A stretch of 64,000 nucleotides of DNA from an uncultured Bacilli bacterium (GCA_947627925.1 CANQXW010000002.1:9575-73574); one strand, 5' to 3'; shown: positions 1-9,562, counted from the stretch's first letter. The notes: a model not told the origin generated them from the sequence alone. Program-made: numbers and translations.

Positions 1-1467
1 GATTTGAACTGGTGAAAGCCATAATGGTAAAGCACCTTTAGTTTCCTCTAAAATAAAGGCTGTAAAACGGTCAAAGGTTCCAAATATTGCTCTATGTAAA
101 ACAACCGGAATTTGACTTTTGCCTTCTTTATCAATATAAGAAAGTTCAAATCTTCTTGGAAGTAAGAAGTCTAATTGACAAGTAGACAAAGTTACTTCTG
201 GACCAACTGCTGGTTTTACTTCTACATCTAATTTTGGACCATAGAAAGCGGCTTCGCCCACGGCTTCATAGTAGTCGATACCAAAGCCATTTAAAACTTC
301 TCTCAATTTATTTTCAGCTTCATCCCACATTTTATCATCATCAAAATATTTTTCTTTATCTAATGGATCTCTTAAAGATAAACGGAATTTATAATTTTTA
401 ATACCGAAATCATGATAAACATCTAAAATAAGTCTAACAACTTTTTCAAATTCTTCCCCAATTTGGTCTGGACGGACAAAAAGATGGGCATCATTTTGAC
501 ACATACAACGAACTCTTTCTAGTCCTTTAACAGCGCCGCTTGCTTCATATCTAAAGTCAGTCGCAAATTCGCCAATTCGAATTGGTAAATCCCGATAAGA
601 ATGAAGTTCGTTAGCATAGACTAACATATGATGAGGACAGTTCATTGGCCTTAAAACAAATTCTTCATCGTCAACTTTCATAGAAGGGAACATATTTTCC
701 TTATAATGATCCCAATGACCAGAAGTCTTATATAAATCAACGGTACCAACACATGGCGTATAAACATGAAGATAACCTAATTTTTGTTCTTTTTCATAGA
801 TATAATTCTCTAATTGCTTTCGAATTATAGCGCCATTAGGTAGCCATAAAGGCATTCCTTTTCCCACTAAATCATGAGTTGTAAAAATATTTAAAGCCTT
901 GCCAATTTTACGATGATCTCTTTGAGATGCTTCTTCAAGTTCGGTTAAATAATCATTAAGTTCTTCTTCGGTATTAAAACAAACACCATAAATTCTTTGA
1001 AGCATTTTATTATTTTTATCGCCTTTCCAATAGGCTCCGCTAAATTTAATTAATTTAAAATGTTTTAATTCTTTAACACTTTCTACATGAGGACCACGGC
1101 AAAGATCAGTAAAATCCCCTTGAGTATAACAAGATATAACCGTTTCATTCTCGTCCATTCTTTCAATCAAATCAATTTTATAAGGGTCATCTTTAAACAT
1201 TTCTAAAGCTTCACTTTTAGAAATTTCATGACGGACTATTCTTTTGCCATCTTTAGCAATTTTTTTCATTTCGTGTTCAATTTTCGGAATATCTTCTTCG
1301 GTAATAACTTTGTCACCTAAATCGATATCATAGTAAAATCCTTCTTCTACAACTGGGCCAACCCAAAACTTAGCCTCCGGATATAAATGCTTTACTGCTT
1401 GCGCTAGTAAATGAGCACAACTATGATTTAACACATTTAATTTTTCATTTTCTTTAATATTTATCAT
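1..1467 (-). CDS. thrS: threonine--tRNA ligase, N-terminal 489 codons (3' end runs off the window)
   Basis: The minus-strand frame is open from ATG (1465-1467, RBS AGGAGGAAG upstream) to position 1. The translation MINIKENEK...[11 protein letters not shown]...RPMNCPHHM...[28 protein letters not shown] carries class II ThrRS hallmarks. The ORF track omits it because it is open-ended. Confidence 0.9.
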   Translation of the reverse strand, partial: MINIKENEKLNVLNHSCAHLLAQAVKHLYPEAKFWVGPVVEEGFYYDIDLGDKVITEEDIPKIEHEMKKIAKDGKRIVRHEISKSEALEMFKDDPYKIDLIERMDENETVISCYTQGDFTDLCRGPHVESVKELKHFKLIKFSGAYWKGDKNNKMLQRIYGVCFNTEEELNDYLTELEEASQRDHRKIGKALNIFTTHDLVGKGMPLWLPNGAIIRKQLENYIYEKEQKLGYLHVYTPCVGTVDLYKTSGHWDHYKENMFPSMKVDDEEFVLRPMNCPHHMLVYANELHSYRDLPIRIGEFATDFRYEASGAVKGLERVRCMCQNDAHLFVRPDQIGEEFEKVVRLILDVYHDFGIKNYKFRLSLRDPLDKEKYFDDDKMWDEAENKLREVLNGFGIDYYEAVGEAAFYGPKLDVEVKPAVGPEVTLSTCQLDFLLPRRFELSYIDKEGKSQIPVVLHRAIFGTFDRFTAFILEETKGALPLWLSPVQI

Positions 1468-2092
1468 TTTTCTTCCTCCTTAATATAAATTTCGACTTCA
1501 ATGTCTTTATCAATTTCCTTTTTAAATTTTTCTCCTAAATCCATGCTACCAATGATACTACCATAATGAGTCGGGATAACTTTGTGAGGCTTTATCTCGT
1601 TTATGTACTTGGAAGCCTCGATGTAATCCATAGTAAAATGTCCTCCGATGGGAATAAAGCAAACATCAGCATGAATATTTTTATTTTCCTCTAAAGCATC
1701 AGTATCTCCCATAATATAATAGGTTAATCCTTCAAAGGAAAGAAGATAGCCCACATAATTAGCTTCTTTCGGATGAAACTTTTTATTAATGTTATAAGCT
1801 CTAACGGTGGAAAATTTTAAACCTTCAACCTCATAACTTTGATTAGGAAAAACTATTACTACTCTTTCGGATAAAGTTTTAACTTCTTCCTCTAAAATTT
1901 GGGGAGCAATAATAATGGTATCATCCTTAATAATATTCTGAATAGACTTTTTATCATAATGATCATAGTGATCATGAGTGATAAAAATATAGTCGGCATC
2001 ATTTAACTTTTGGGTTATTTTGAAAGGGTCAAAATATATTTTTTCTGACCACTAAGTTTTATAGCCGATTGAGTAAATACTTCAATTGTCAT
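1464..2092 (-). pseudogene. MBL-fold metallo-hydrolase, reading frame broken by a 1-nt deficit in an A6/T6 run
   Basis: ATG at 2090-2092 gives MTIEVFTQSAIKLSGQKK, which then stops. The -1 frame continues IYFDPFKITQKLNDADYIFITHDHYDHYD (HxHxDH motif) into the tracked ORF 1464-1754. The break is at the T6 run 2039-2044; A7 would restore the frame. Confidence 0.7.
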
Positions 2093-2095
2093 CTT

Positions 2096-2341
2096 TCCAC
2101 CTCCCTAGAAAATAAAAAAGAATGATACTTGAGGAGTCAAATTGACGGTACCATCCTTTGCTTAACTTAATTTCGATAACGGCTTTAAACCGGAGTTGAT
2201 TGGACTCACTAGAGAATAGTAATTATTAAATTCCTTTGTTAATTTCCACCAACCATTAACTCTCTTGGAAAATTCCTTTAATAATCGTGTTTCTCATCAC
2301 AGATTTATGTCTTAATTTTAACACTATTTATTTGTTTTGAC
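2096..2341 (-). promoter_or_regulatory. T-box leader (Thr specifier ACU) with its promoter and intrinsic terminator, upstream of the MBL-thrS operon
   Basis: Promoter TTGTCA-17-TAAAAT lies at plus 2313-2341. There is a K-turn-like GAUGAGA...UCUCUAGUGA. A 9-bp stem AUUAUUAAA/UUUAAUAAU flanks the loop UACUAU (ACU+A at plus 2218-2220). The T-box core is AAAGGAUGGUACCGUC (2145-2160). A 10-bp terminator AGGAUGGUAC/GUAUCAUUCU is followed by U6. Confidence 0.8.
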
Positions 2342-2555
2342 AATCTTTTTTCGGAACTAAATCGATTCCGCCTTTAGAAAAGGGATTGCATTTTAAAATT
2401 CGCTTAAGACTTAAGATAACTCCTTTAAAACTACCATAGGTGCTAATAGCCTCTTTAGCATAATCGGAACAAGTAGGATAATATTTACAATTACTATGAC
2501 TTCTTAAAGGGGCCATTTGATATAAATTAATTAATTTTAATAAAACCTTTTTCAT
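2328..2555 (-). CDS. yidD: membrane protein insertion efficiency factor YidD
   Basis: MKKVLLKLINLYQ...CKYYPTCSDYAKEAI..GSFKG..LSLKRILKCNPF..GGIDLVP matches the YidD pattern. The tracked ORF extends to a GTG at 2588, but I prefer the 75-aa ATG start. Confidence 0.85.
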   Translation of the reverse strand: MKKVLLKLINLYQMAPLRSHSNCKYYPTCSDYAKEAISTYGSFKGVILSLKRILKCNPFSKGGIDLVPKKDCQNK

Positions 2556-2584
2556 AACCTTATTATAATAGTTTATTTTTAAAC

Positions 2585-3973
2585 TCACAAGTCTTGCTTA
2601 TTTCTTGTTAATCTCATAAATGGAGTTTGCTCTAAATCATTAGTCAACAATTTATCACAAAAATCCAAAAAGTAATTCTTTAATTCTAAGATTTCTGTTT
2701 TATCAAAAGATACTGGTAAGAACAATTTTTTCTTATTCATACGATAACGCTCTTCTTTAGTAAGCACTCGATCACCATAAGTATATTTAGTAATTATAGG
2801 GTTATCTACAAGATATTTTTTGGCTTGTAATAAATTTTGTAAAGCTCTAAAATTATGATTTTCAATAATTGCACTTAAAAGATCAATTTGTTCTAAAAAT
2901 GTATTTTTAAATTCAGCAACATAAACTGAATATCCCATATAAAATATTTCTTGAAAAAAACTTTGAATATCTTCAGCTTCCATCATAGTTTGTTTACGAA
3001 TATTCCATGAGTCTTCTGGGGCACCATAAAAAATTTTTTGCTCATTTTCTTTAGTATTGTTAATAACATAATTTTGGGCATATGTTAACTTTTCTTTCAA
3101 AATTGTCCAAACATACTCATATTCGTTATCATCTCTTGGTATTTCCCAATATTTAGGAGCATATTGAAAATAGAAATGCATCGGTTTCATAAATTCAAAT
3201 ATCATTTCTTTTTCTTCCTTGCTACAAGAATTTAAAAGATTAAGATATTTAATAAATAAATCATCATTTAAATGATAAAGACATAATTTTAAAACATCTT
3301 TCCTTGATAAATTTGGATATTCTTGTAAAATATCATCAATATTTATATCTAAAAGTTTACTATCCTTAAATGTGTCAATAAGCATATCTAAATTAAAACT
3401 TTCAACATTTTGATAATTATTTATGTATTCTTCATATAATGATTTAATATCCTCTAAATATTGGATCCAAAAATCATCAGTTAATTTTAAGGTGATGTGT
3501 TCTTCCGGGTTACTTTCTTTTGTAAAGACTACTAAATACTCAATATCTTCTTCTGTTGCTTTTGCGTCATAACTGTATCTTGTTAAGATCGTCCAAATAT
3601 TACAAGCAATAAAAATTGCTACTTCATTTTTATCTAATTTGTCATTATGCAAATTATAAATATTTCTAATAAATATTCTTTGGATTTTATTCGTTACATC
3701 ATGAAACTCAAAAGCATTATAAATACTGACAAAGCCGCTTTTTCCTTCCCTTTTTAAATAATCATTTATTTCATTATATAACTTTTTTTCATTATCATCT
3801 TTTAAAATATCAATGCTGCCCATATAGTATAATATATGAAAAGCTATAAATTCACAAAATTCTCTATTCTTTCTTAAAGGCCTTCTTCTACTTAATAAAC
3901 CATTATCTTCTTTTAATTCCATCAGAACCCTCCTAATTGCATTTATAATAGCATAAAGATAATATTTTTTCAA
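2585..3973 (-). CDS. hypothetical protein (462 aa), no domain recognised
   Basis: A long ORF in AT-rich DNA. Its stop overlaps the alternative yidD start (GTGA). Confidence 0.7.
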   Translation of the reverse strand: MKKYYLYAIINAIRRVLMELKEDNGLLSRRRPLRKNREFCEFIAFHILYYMGSIDILKDDNEKKLYNEINDYLKREGKSGFVSIYNAFEFHDVTNKIQRIFIRNIYNLHNDKLDKNEVAIFIACNIWTILTRYSYDAKATEEDIEYLVVFTKESNPEEHITLKLTDDFWIQYLEDIKSLYEEYINNYQNVESFNLDMLIDTFKDSKLLDINIDDILQEYPNLSRKDVLKLCLYHLNDDLFIKYLNLLNSCSKEEKEMIFEFMKPMHFYFQYAPKYWEIPRDDNEYEYVWTILKEKLTYAQNYVINNTKENEQKIFYGAPEDSWNIRKQTMMEAEDIQSFFQEIFYMGYSVYVAEFKNTFLEQIDLLSAIIENHNFRALQNLLQAKKYLVDNPIITKYTYGDRVLTKEERYRMNKKKLFLPVSFDKTEILELKNYFLDFCDKLLTNDLEQTPFMRLTRNKQDL

Positions 3974-4043
3974 TTTTATTTATCTTATGTTTTTACTAAA
4001 TAAAATATCTAATGAATTATATTAAAATTGCCAAAAATAGGTA

Positions 4044-4092
4044 TTGCACTTTTAAGGAAAATAAACTATACTTAACTTATAAACAAATGTTT
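4044..4092 (+). promoter_or_regulatory. sigma-A-type promoter plus a possible SOS (Cheo-like) operator
   Basis: TTGCAC (4044-4049), a 17-nt spacer, then TATACT (4067-4072). The imperfect palindrome AAAC-AAAT-GTTT (4081-4092) lies between the -10 and the RBS GGAGGTG. It resembles GAAC-N4-GTTC only partly. Confidence 0.4.
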
Positions 4093-4108
4093 GCTGGAGG
4101 TGATTTAG

Positions 4109-5359
4109 ATGAATTTTAAAAGAAATATTTTATGTATTGATTTAAAAAGTTTTTTTGCTTCTTGTGAATGTATAGAAAGAGGTCTTGATCCTTTTACTTA
4201 TCCCTTAGTAGTAGCTAATCCGAAACAAGGAAATGGGGCCATTACTCTAGCGGTTACTCCCTATTTAAAAAAGCAAGGCGTAAAATCACGGGGACGTCTT
4301 TATGAAATAGATAAAAATATTAAGTATTATATTGCGAAGCCAAGGATGAGCTTATATATTGCGAAAAGTAAAGAAGTTATCAGCGTTTATTTAGACTTTG
4401 TGAGTGATGATGATTTACACGTCTATTCGATTGATGAATGTTTCTTAGATGTTACCAATTATTTAAAAATGTATAAGAAAACCGATGAAGAATTAGCCCA
4501 AGACATTTTAAAGACAATTTATCAAAAAACGGGACTTACAGCAACTTGTGGGATTGGACCAAATATGCTTTTGGCTAAAGTAGCGATGGATGTCGAGGCT
4601 AAAAGTAAACCTAATAATATTGCCAAATGGTCCTATGATGATGTTGAAAAGAAATTATGGCCCCTTACTCCTCTTTCAAAAATGTGGGGCATTGGCAAAA
4701 GAATGGAAAAAAATTTTAATATGTTAGGAATTTATTCTGTTGGGGATTTAGCTTGTTATGACCAAAATGTTTTAAAAGATAAATTTGGAGTGATGGGAAT
4801 AGAACTTTGGAATCATGCCAATGGAATTGATTATAGTAAAATTTCTGATTTTAAAAAAATGGCTAAAACAGAATCTTTTAGCCATTCCCAAGTATTATTC
4901 AAAGACTATAATGAAAACAATATTAAAATTATTATTTCCGAAATGGTTGATGTTTTAACCGAAAGACTTAGAAAAAACAACAAAATGACTAAATGTATTA
5001 GTCTAGGAATAGGATATTCCAAAGAAATTGACAATGGCTTTTATCATTCCACTAGACTAGATAATCCGACAGATTCAGCATATGAAATATTAAAGTATTG
5101 TTTAATTATTTTTGACAAGTTTTATGAATATTTACCCATTAGAAAAGTAACAATAGCTTGTGGAGATTTACAAAAAAGAGATAATGTGCAATTAAGTTTA
5201 TTTAATGAAGAAAAAGAACCAGAAAAAAATAATATTAATGCTACAATTGATAATATTAAAAATAAATTTGGCAAAAATAGTCTTTTAAAAGCTACTAATC
5301 TTTTACAGGACTCTACGGCAAAAGAAAGAAATCAAAAAATTGGAGGACATGAATCATGA
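4109..5359 (+). CDS. Y-family (translesion) DNA polymerase, UmuC/YqjW/UvrX-like
   Basis: The N-terminus ILCIDLKSFFASCE, then SIDECFLDVT, and the GIGPNMLLAKVAMD and LWGIG motifs are typical of the ImpB/MucB/SamB family. Confidence 0.85.
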   Translation: MNFKRNILCIDLKSFFASCECIERGLDPFTYPLVVANPKQGNGAITLAVTPYLKKQGVKSRGRLYEIDKNIKYYIAKPRMSLYIAKSKEVISVYLDFVSDDDLHVYSIDECFLDVTNYLKMYKKTDEELAQDILKTIYQKTGLTATCGIGPNMLLAKVAMDVEAKSKPNNIAKWSYDDVEKKLWPLTPLSKMWGIGKRMEKNFNMLGIYSVGDLACYDQNVLKDKFGVMGIELWNHANGIDYSKISDFKKMAKTESFSHSQVLFKDYNENNIKIIISEMVDVLTERLRKNNKMTKCISLGIGYSKEIDNGFYHSTRLDNPTDSAYEILKYCLIIFDKFYEYLPIRKVTIACGDLQKRDNVQLSLFNEEKEPEKNNINATIDNIKNKFGKNSLLKATNLLQDSTAKERNQKIGGHES

Positions 5360-5670
5360 TTGATAGAGGTATTATTAAATGGCAACCTTTTAATTCATGC
5401 TATAATGGCAAAAAGGTTATTGAAGATATTAAAAAAAATAAGGACTATGTTTCTTATCCTTCCCTATCAGAAGATCAATTAGAAATATTAGAAAACGAAA
5501 TTATTGAAGCCTATAATTTAGGATTAAATATTTCTTTGGTATACTATTATAGTGGGAAAATAAATAATCTTAAAGGTAAAATTAATTATTTAAATACTGA
5601 AAAAAAGATTCTATATCTAAATAATAAGAATCTTTACTTGAAACAAATTTTAAAAATTGAAAGAATTTAA
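5356..5670 (+). CDS. YolD-like protein (UmuD-equivalent partner of Y-family polymerases)
   Basis: Small size and 4-nt overlap (ATGA) with the polymerase gene. The N-terminal RGIIKWQPF motif is as in YolD/YqjX. Confidence 0.7.
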   Translation: MIDRGIIKWQPFNSCYNGKKVIEDIKKNKDYVSYPSLSEDQLEILENEIIEAYNLGLNISLVYYYSGKINNLKGKINYLNTEKKILYLNNKNLYLKQILKIERI

Positions 5671-6386
5671 AACTCTCCCTTTTTAATGACTAAATCAATA
5701 TCGCTTTCTAAATCATTGGCGAAAACATATAACATTTTGTTTAAATAAAATTCAGTTGTATGATAATTTTTAGTAAAATCAAAAGAATATTTATCATTTA
5801 TTTCATAAGAAATTTCAATAATTTCGCCATCCTCTTTAGCTCCATACCAAGAAGTTAATGGCAAAGGTATTAAATTACCATTAGGATCAAATTTTTGGGG
5901 TATTTTAAGTTGTTTTTTATTTAAAATAGAAATTATTTTGTAAAATAAATCTTCGTATTTTTTACCCAATTTCAAAGTAATATCTATTAAATCATCGTTA
6001 CAAAATTTAGAAGAAATAGTTTTTTTAGTGATTGTCTTTAATGCCTCTTTAGAATTAAATTCGACATTAGCAAAAACAGCACTATGAAGAACTTCTACAC
6101 CACTTCCAGTTAATATATCATATAAATTTAAAACTTTGGTTTTAAAATCTTCTAAATCTTCCATTAAAGCGTTGTGAACTGTATAACTAAAATTTATTTT
6201 GCTAAAAGACATATTGCTCTTGGGACTGCTGGCTTCTATTAGGGGAGCAAGAACATTATCTTTAGAATTATATATTTGATAATTAGAATATTCGTCTTGA
6301 AAAAATTTTTGAAATAAATTCAATACTTCGTTATGTTTTTCAAAAATATTAAACCAAAAAGTAATGCTAAAACAATTAACTGTCAT
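5667..6386 (-). CDS. hypothetical protein
   Basis: The tracked ORF is 5667-6440. I prefer the internal ATG at 6386 (MTVNCFS), which has the RBS GGAAAGGAA and avoids overlap with the upstream gene. Confidence 0.6.
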   Translation of the reverse strand: MTVNCFSITFWFNIFEKHNEVLNLFQKFFQDEYSNYQIYNSKDNVLAPLIEASSPKSNMSFSKINFSYTVHNALMEDLEDFKTKVLNLYDILTGSGVEVLHSAVFANVEFNSKEALKTITKKTISSKFCNDDLIDITLKLGKKYEDLFYKIISILNKKQLKIPQKFDPNGNLIPLPLTSWYGAKEDGEIIEISYEINDKYSFDFTKNYHTTEFYLNKMLYVFANDLESDIDLVIKKGEF

Positions 6387-6420
6387 TATAATTTCCTTTC
6401 CAATAGAAAAATAGCCGAAG

Positions 6421-7053
6421 CTATTTAATAGTACTTTCAAATGTATTAAGCATATAATCTATACGGCTTTTAATGCCTTCTGCATAATCACTACTATTTG
6501 GCGTTTTTATCGTTAATTTATAAACTGTACCATTTGTAGAAATATAACGTTCTTCGGTATAATTATCAACTGTAATAACACAACTACTGTATTCGCTATT
6601 GTTAACATTATTACATGTACTAGGCAACGTTGACTTTTCAACTACTACTAAAACTTTTTCAGAATCTAAATATTTAAATATATCTTGTTTTCGATATTTA
6701 AAAACTTTAAATGAACTAGTATCATAACGCATGCTATAATCTAAGTCACTAACATATTTTTGGGTGGTTATTAATTCATCTTCCCCTTCAATTTTTATAT
6801 ATTCCATTTTTCGGTCAGTAGACATATTTATTTTAATATAATTTTTTTCGACAAAAAAATAGTTCATTAAATAAACAATAGCTATAGATAATATAATTAC
6901 TCCTAAAACAACAAGGGTTTTCATCACTATAGTATTTTTTTTAAACTTGTCTATAGTAGTTCCCTTTTTATTAGAATATTTTTTATTATAATTTTGATTA
7001 TTTCTTGATTTATTTGCCATAACTTCTACCTCTATTTTAATAATACTACTCAT
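6421..7053 (-). CDS. hypothetical membrane-anchored protein
   Basis: Basic N-terminus followed by one hydrophobic helix (TLVVLGVIILSIAIVYLMNYFF). The start codon is ambiguous (M1 or M12). Confidence 0.6.
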   Translation of the reverse strand: MSSIIKIEVEVMANKSRNNQNYNKKYSNKKGTTIDKFKKNTIVMKTLVVLGVIILSIAIVYLMNYFFVEKNYIKINMSTDRKMEYIKIEGEDELITTQKYVSDLDYSMRYDTSSFKVFKYRKQDIFKYLDSEKVLVVVEKSTLPSTCNNVNNSEYSSCVITVDNYTEERYISTNGTVYKLTIKTPNSSDYAEGIKSRIDYMLNTFESTIK

Positions 7054-7160
7054 TTTTTAAATCATCAATGATATTTATTTTAAGTGTGTCAATTTAATAT
7101 AAACATCTTTTCTTATTATGGCATGAAGATGATTTAAATATTCTTCTTTGAAAGCATTAT

Positions 7161-7190
7161 AAAACTCGAAACATAAGTCAAAATTTAGTT
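7161..7190. repeat. copy 1 of a recurrent ~25-nt motif CATTWTRAAACTCGAAMYAWAAGTC
   Basis: gcattataaaactcgaaacataagtca aligns by eye with the copies at 8642 and 62642. It lies upstream of the minus-strand gene 6421-7053. Confidence 0.5.
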
Positions 7191-7234
7191 TATATGATAC
7201 TTTAAAAAATATTTTTATATTAGTATTGTATTAT

Positions 7235-8533
7235 TTAAAATTTAATATCATACTTATTTATTTTAATAATATTTTGATTTAGTAGTTCAAGTTGCTTATT
7301 AGTTAAATTTTTCTTATTTATAACTATTCGATGCACATATTTTTTTAACCAATCTTCTGTTGCGACATAATACCCATTTGTGCCATATGTATTTCCCCAA
7401 CTATTTTCAATTCTATATTTTATTGCTTTATCATCTATCGTATTAACTCCTGTTATTAACATACAATGGCAATTAGTTATCCCATTAGTTTTTAAAATAG
7501 AATTTCTATCTAATTTTAAATCAATGTCAAATATTTCCCCATATCTTTCCATTAAATCAATCCATATTCCATCAATTCTTTTTGAGGTTGTGGAGCAATA
7601 AAAATAAACTGGTTCATTAGCTTTCAATTGTTTAATTATTAAAGATTGAAATTCTTTTGAAGGTAAATTCAAAATAGTATTATCCTTTTCTCCACTGATT
7701 TTAGAACTATCTTCCTCTTGATATAATTTATTCCATTTTACTTTTTCATCATTATATGACGTTATTTCAATATATTCTTTCTGTAAATCAATATTTATAT
7801 AATTATTATAAAATTGTTTCGAAGTCATATTTTTATTAATATGATAGATTCCAATTTTGTCAGTATATTCAAAGTCAAATGAATCTGGAGGAATTCCATA
7901 TACAGACGCTATTACTATATATGCTTCTTCCATATATTTATTTTTCAAGTTATTTTCTTCATCATTATTAGTTATTAATTGTAAATCTAAGTAAAATTTC
8001 CTTAATAACCTGGATAAGATTTGATTAATTTCATATGTATTTGAAGATGAAAAAGTCTCAGGAAAAACTGTTTCGGGAACAACGCCATATTTTTTTACTA
8101 AATAAGCAAATTGAGTGAAATAGCCATCATCTGTTATTCCATTTTCAAGTAAACTAGAAACATCTCTATCGTATAAATTTATACCATTTTCTTTATATGA
8201 AATTAATCTTTCTAATAGCATGTTAAATCTTTCTAATTTATCGTAAAATGCAACATAACTACCAGATAATTCAAAATTATCTAAATTACATTTTTCTATT
8301 ACTATTTTTCTTAAAATATTCAATCCAGCAAATAGCCAACAACGACCAGATGATTTTTGATCTGTAATTTTATGTGTTTTAATATTTATATTAAACTCAT
8401 GATTAATTTGAGTATCTAAATCTTGAATTAAGTCAACTAATGATACTTTATTTAGCATTCTTTGTCTAATCTTATTATGTATATTGTTTGTATAATTTTT
8501 TCTATAAACATCTAAATCTTCTCTTTTTAACAT
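7235..8533 (-). CDS. pepC: aminopeptidase C (C1-like cysteine peptidase, bleomycin hydrolase family)
   Basis: The active-site context QKSSGRCWLFAGLN, the 432-aa length, and the C-terminal ENSWG...GYY pattern. Confidence 0.85.
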   Translation of the reverse strand: MLKREDLDVYRKNYTNNIHNKIRQRMLNKVSLVDLIQDLDTQINHEFNINIKTHKITDQKSSGRCWLFAGLNILRKIVIEKCNLDNFELSGSYVAFYDKLERFNMLLERLISYKENGINLYDRDVSSLLENGITDDGYFTQFAYLVKKYGVVPETVFPETFSSSNTYEINQILSRLLRKFYLDLQLITNNDEENNLKNKYMEEAYIVIASVYGIPPDSFDFEYTDKIGIYHINKNMTSKQFYNNYINIDLQKEYIEITSYNDEKVKWNKLYQEEDSSKISGEKDNTILNLPSKEFQSLIIKQLKANEPVYFYCSTTSKRIDGIWIDLMERYGEIFDIDLKLDRNSILKTNGITNCHCMLITGVNTIDDKAIKYRIENSWGNTYGTNGYYVATEDWLKKYVHRIVINKKNLTNKQLELLNQNIIKINKYDIKF

Positions 8534-8641
8534 ATATTAATAACTCCTTATTAAAAATATTACTTTTCATAACAAATGAACGTGATTTATTTGTATTTAA
8601 CTTTTGCCTACGTTCATATATAATATTATCATATTTTGATA

Positions 8642-8672
8642 CATTTTAAAACTCGAACTAAAAAGTCCGAGT
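8642..8672. repeat. copy 2 of the recurrent ~25-nt motif
   Basis: cattttaaaactcgaactaaaaagtccgag. Only in this copy does it form the hairpin AAACTCG/CGAGTTT, just 3' of tRNA-Ala. Confidence 0.5.
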
Positions 8673-8684
8673 TTCAGTTCAATC

Positions 8685-8761
8685 TGGTGGAGGATGTGGG
8701 ATTCGAACCCGCGACCCCCTGCGTGCAGGGCAGGTGCTCTAGCCAGCTGAGCTAATCCCCC
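8685..8761 (-). tRNA. tRNA-Ala(UGC)-like, with atypical C33 and a C50-A64 mismatch
   Basis: GGGGGATTAGCTCAGCTGGCTAGAGCACCTGCCCTGCACGCAGGGGGTCGCGGGTTCGAATCCCACATCCTCCACCA. It has a G3:U70 pair, anticodon stem CCTGC/GCAGG, loop CCUGCAC and an encoded CCA. Confidence 0.75.
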
Positions 8762-8814
8762 AGAGAACACGATTATCTTATCATATAAATTAAAGATAAT
8801 CAAGAGTTTTTCTG

Positions 8815-9021
8815 TTATTTTTCTTTCTTAACGACTTTTATTAAACCGTTTTCTAATTCTTCTAAACTTCGTCCAATATCTTTTTTACTAATGTATTCAT
8901 TAATACGCATTTGATAATGGCCAGTTTCTAACATTTGCTTACTTCTTTTAGAAGCGACATGTACTAACATGTATTTAGAATCTACTATATTTAGCAATTT
9001 ATCAATTGATGGATATAACAT
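8815..9021 (-). CDS. rpoZ: DNA-directed RNA polymerase subunit omega
   Basis: MLYPSIDKLL...SKYMLVHVASKRSKQM is the typical RpoZ N-terminus; the protein is 68 aa. Confidence 0.85.
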   Translation of the reverse strand: MLYPSIDKLLNIVDSKYMLVHVASKRSKQMLETGHYQMRINEYISKKDIGRSLEELENGLIKVVKKEK

Positions 9022-9109
9022 TTTACCACTGCTCCTTACAATAATATATTACTAAATATTTTATGATTAATACAATGTTTAGAAAGTTTTTTGACATTAA
9101 TTTTACCTT

Positions 9110-9490
9110 TTATTTGTCAATAGTGACTACTATACCATCAGTTTCTTTTCTAATAGTGATTCTCTTTTCGTTTAAAGTTTCTTCACTGTTAATAGGATTA
9201 GAAACATCACCTTGAGAATTAGGAGTATATAATTGTTGATCGATAAGGTCTTGAACTTTAATAACTTTAACATTTTGTGCTGCAAAAATATCAGGATTAT
9301 TATTAGCGTAATATTCAGCACTTTTTTTAATTGTATCTATAGTAGCTTCATAAGCAGCGTTCATATCATATTCTGGTTCAAAAGCATAAGATATTTGATT
9401 GGCTATAATAAAGTAAATAATTGTAAAAACAACTAGAATTATACCTAAAATTAATATTTTTTTATCTTTGACTAAACTCATTTTTATCAC
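9110..9490 (-). CDS. hypothetical membrane-anchored protein
   Basis: Single N-terminal TM helix (ILILGIILVVFTIIYFIIA). Confidence 0.6.
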   Translation of the reverse strand: MIKMSLVKDKKILILGIILVVFTIIYFIIANQISYAFEPEYDMNAAYEATIDTIKKSAEYYANNNPDIFAAQNVKVIKVQDLIDQQLYTPNSQGDVSNPINSEETLNEKRITIRKETDGIVVTIDK

Positions 9491-9536
9491 CTAACTATCT
9501 CTAAATATATTATATCTTATTTCATAAAAATAGCCA

Positions 9537-9562
9537 AGAAAAAAATCTCTAAACAGAGATTT
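9537..9562 (-). terminator. intrinsic terminator after the CotD-like gene
   Basis: On the minus strand, AAATCTCT-gttt-AGAGATTT is followed by TTTTTTC and abuts the stop codon. Confidence 0.6.

Noticed and set aside
5340-5360. Possibility of Mollicutes-type code (UGA = Trp), given the AT-richness and Erysipelotrichia-like gene content
   Set aside because: Several well-supported genes end at TGA (for example the Y-family polymerase and the 2585-3973 gene). No conserved protein requires read-through of an in-frame TGA.
8597-8803. 68-aa tracked ORF on the minus strand
   Set aside because: It is fully explained by tRNA-Ala. The peptide GGLAQLARAPALHAGGRGFESH is the translation of the tRNA itself.
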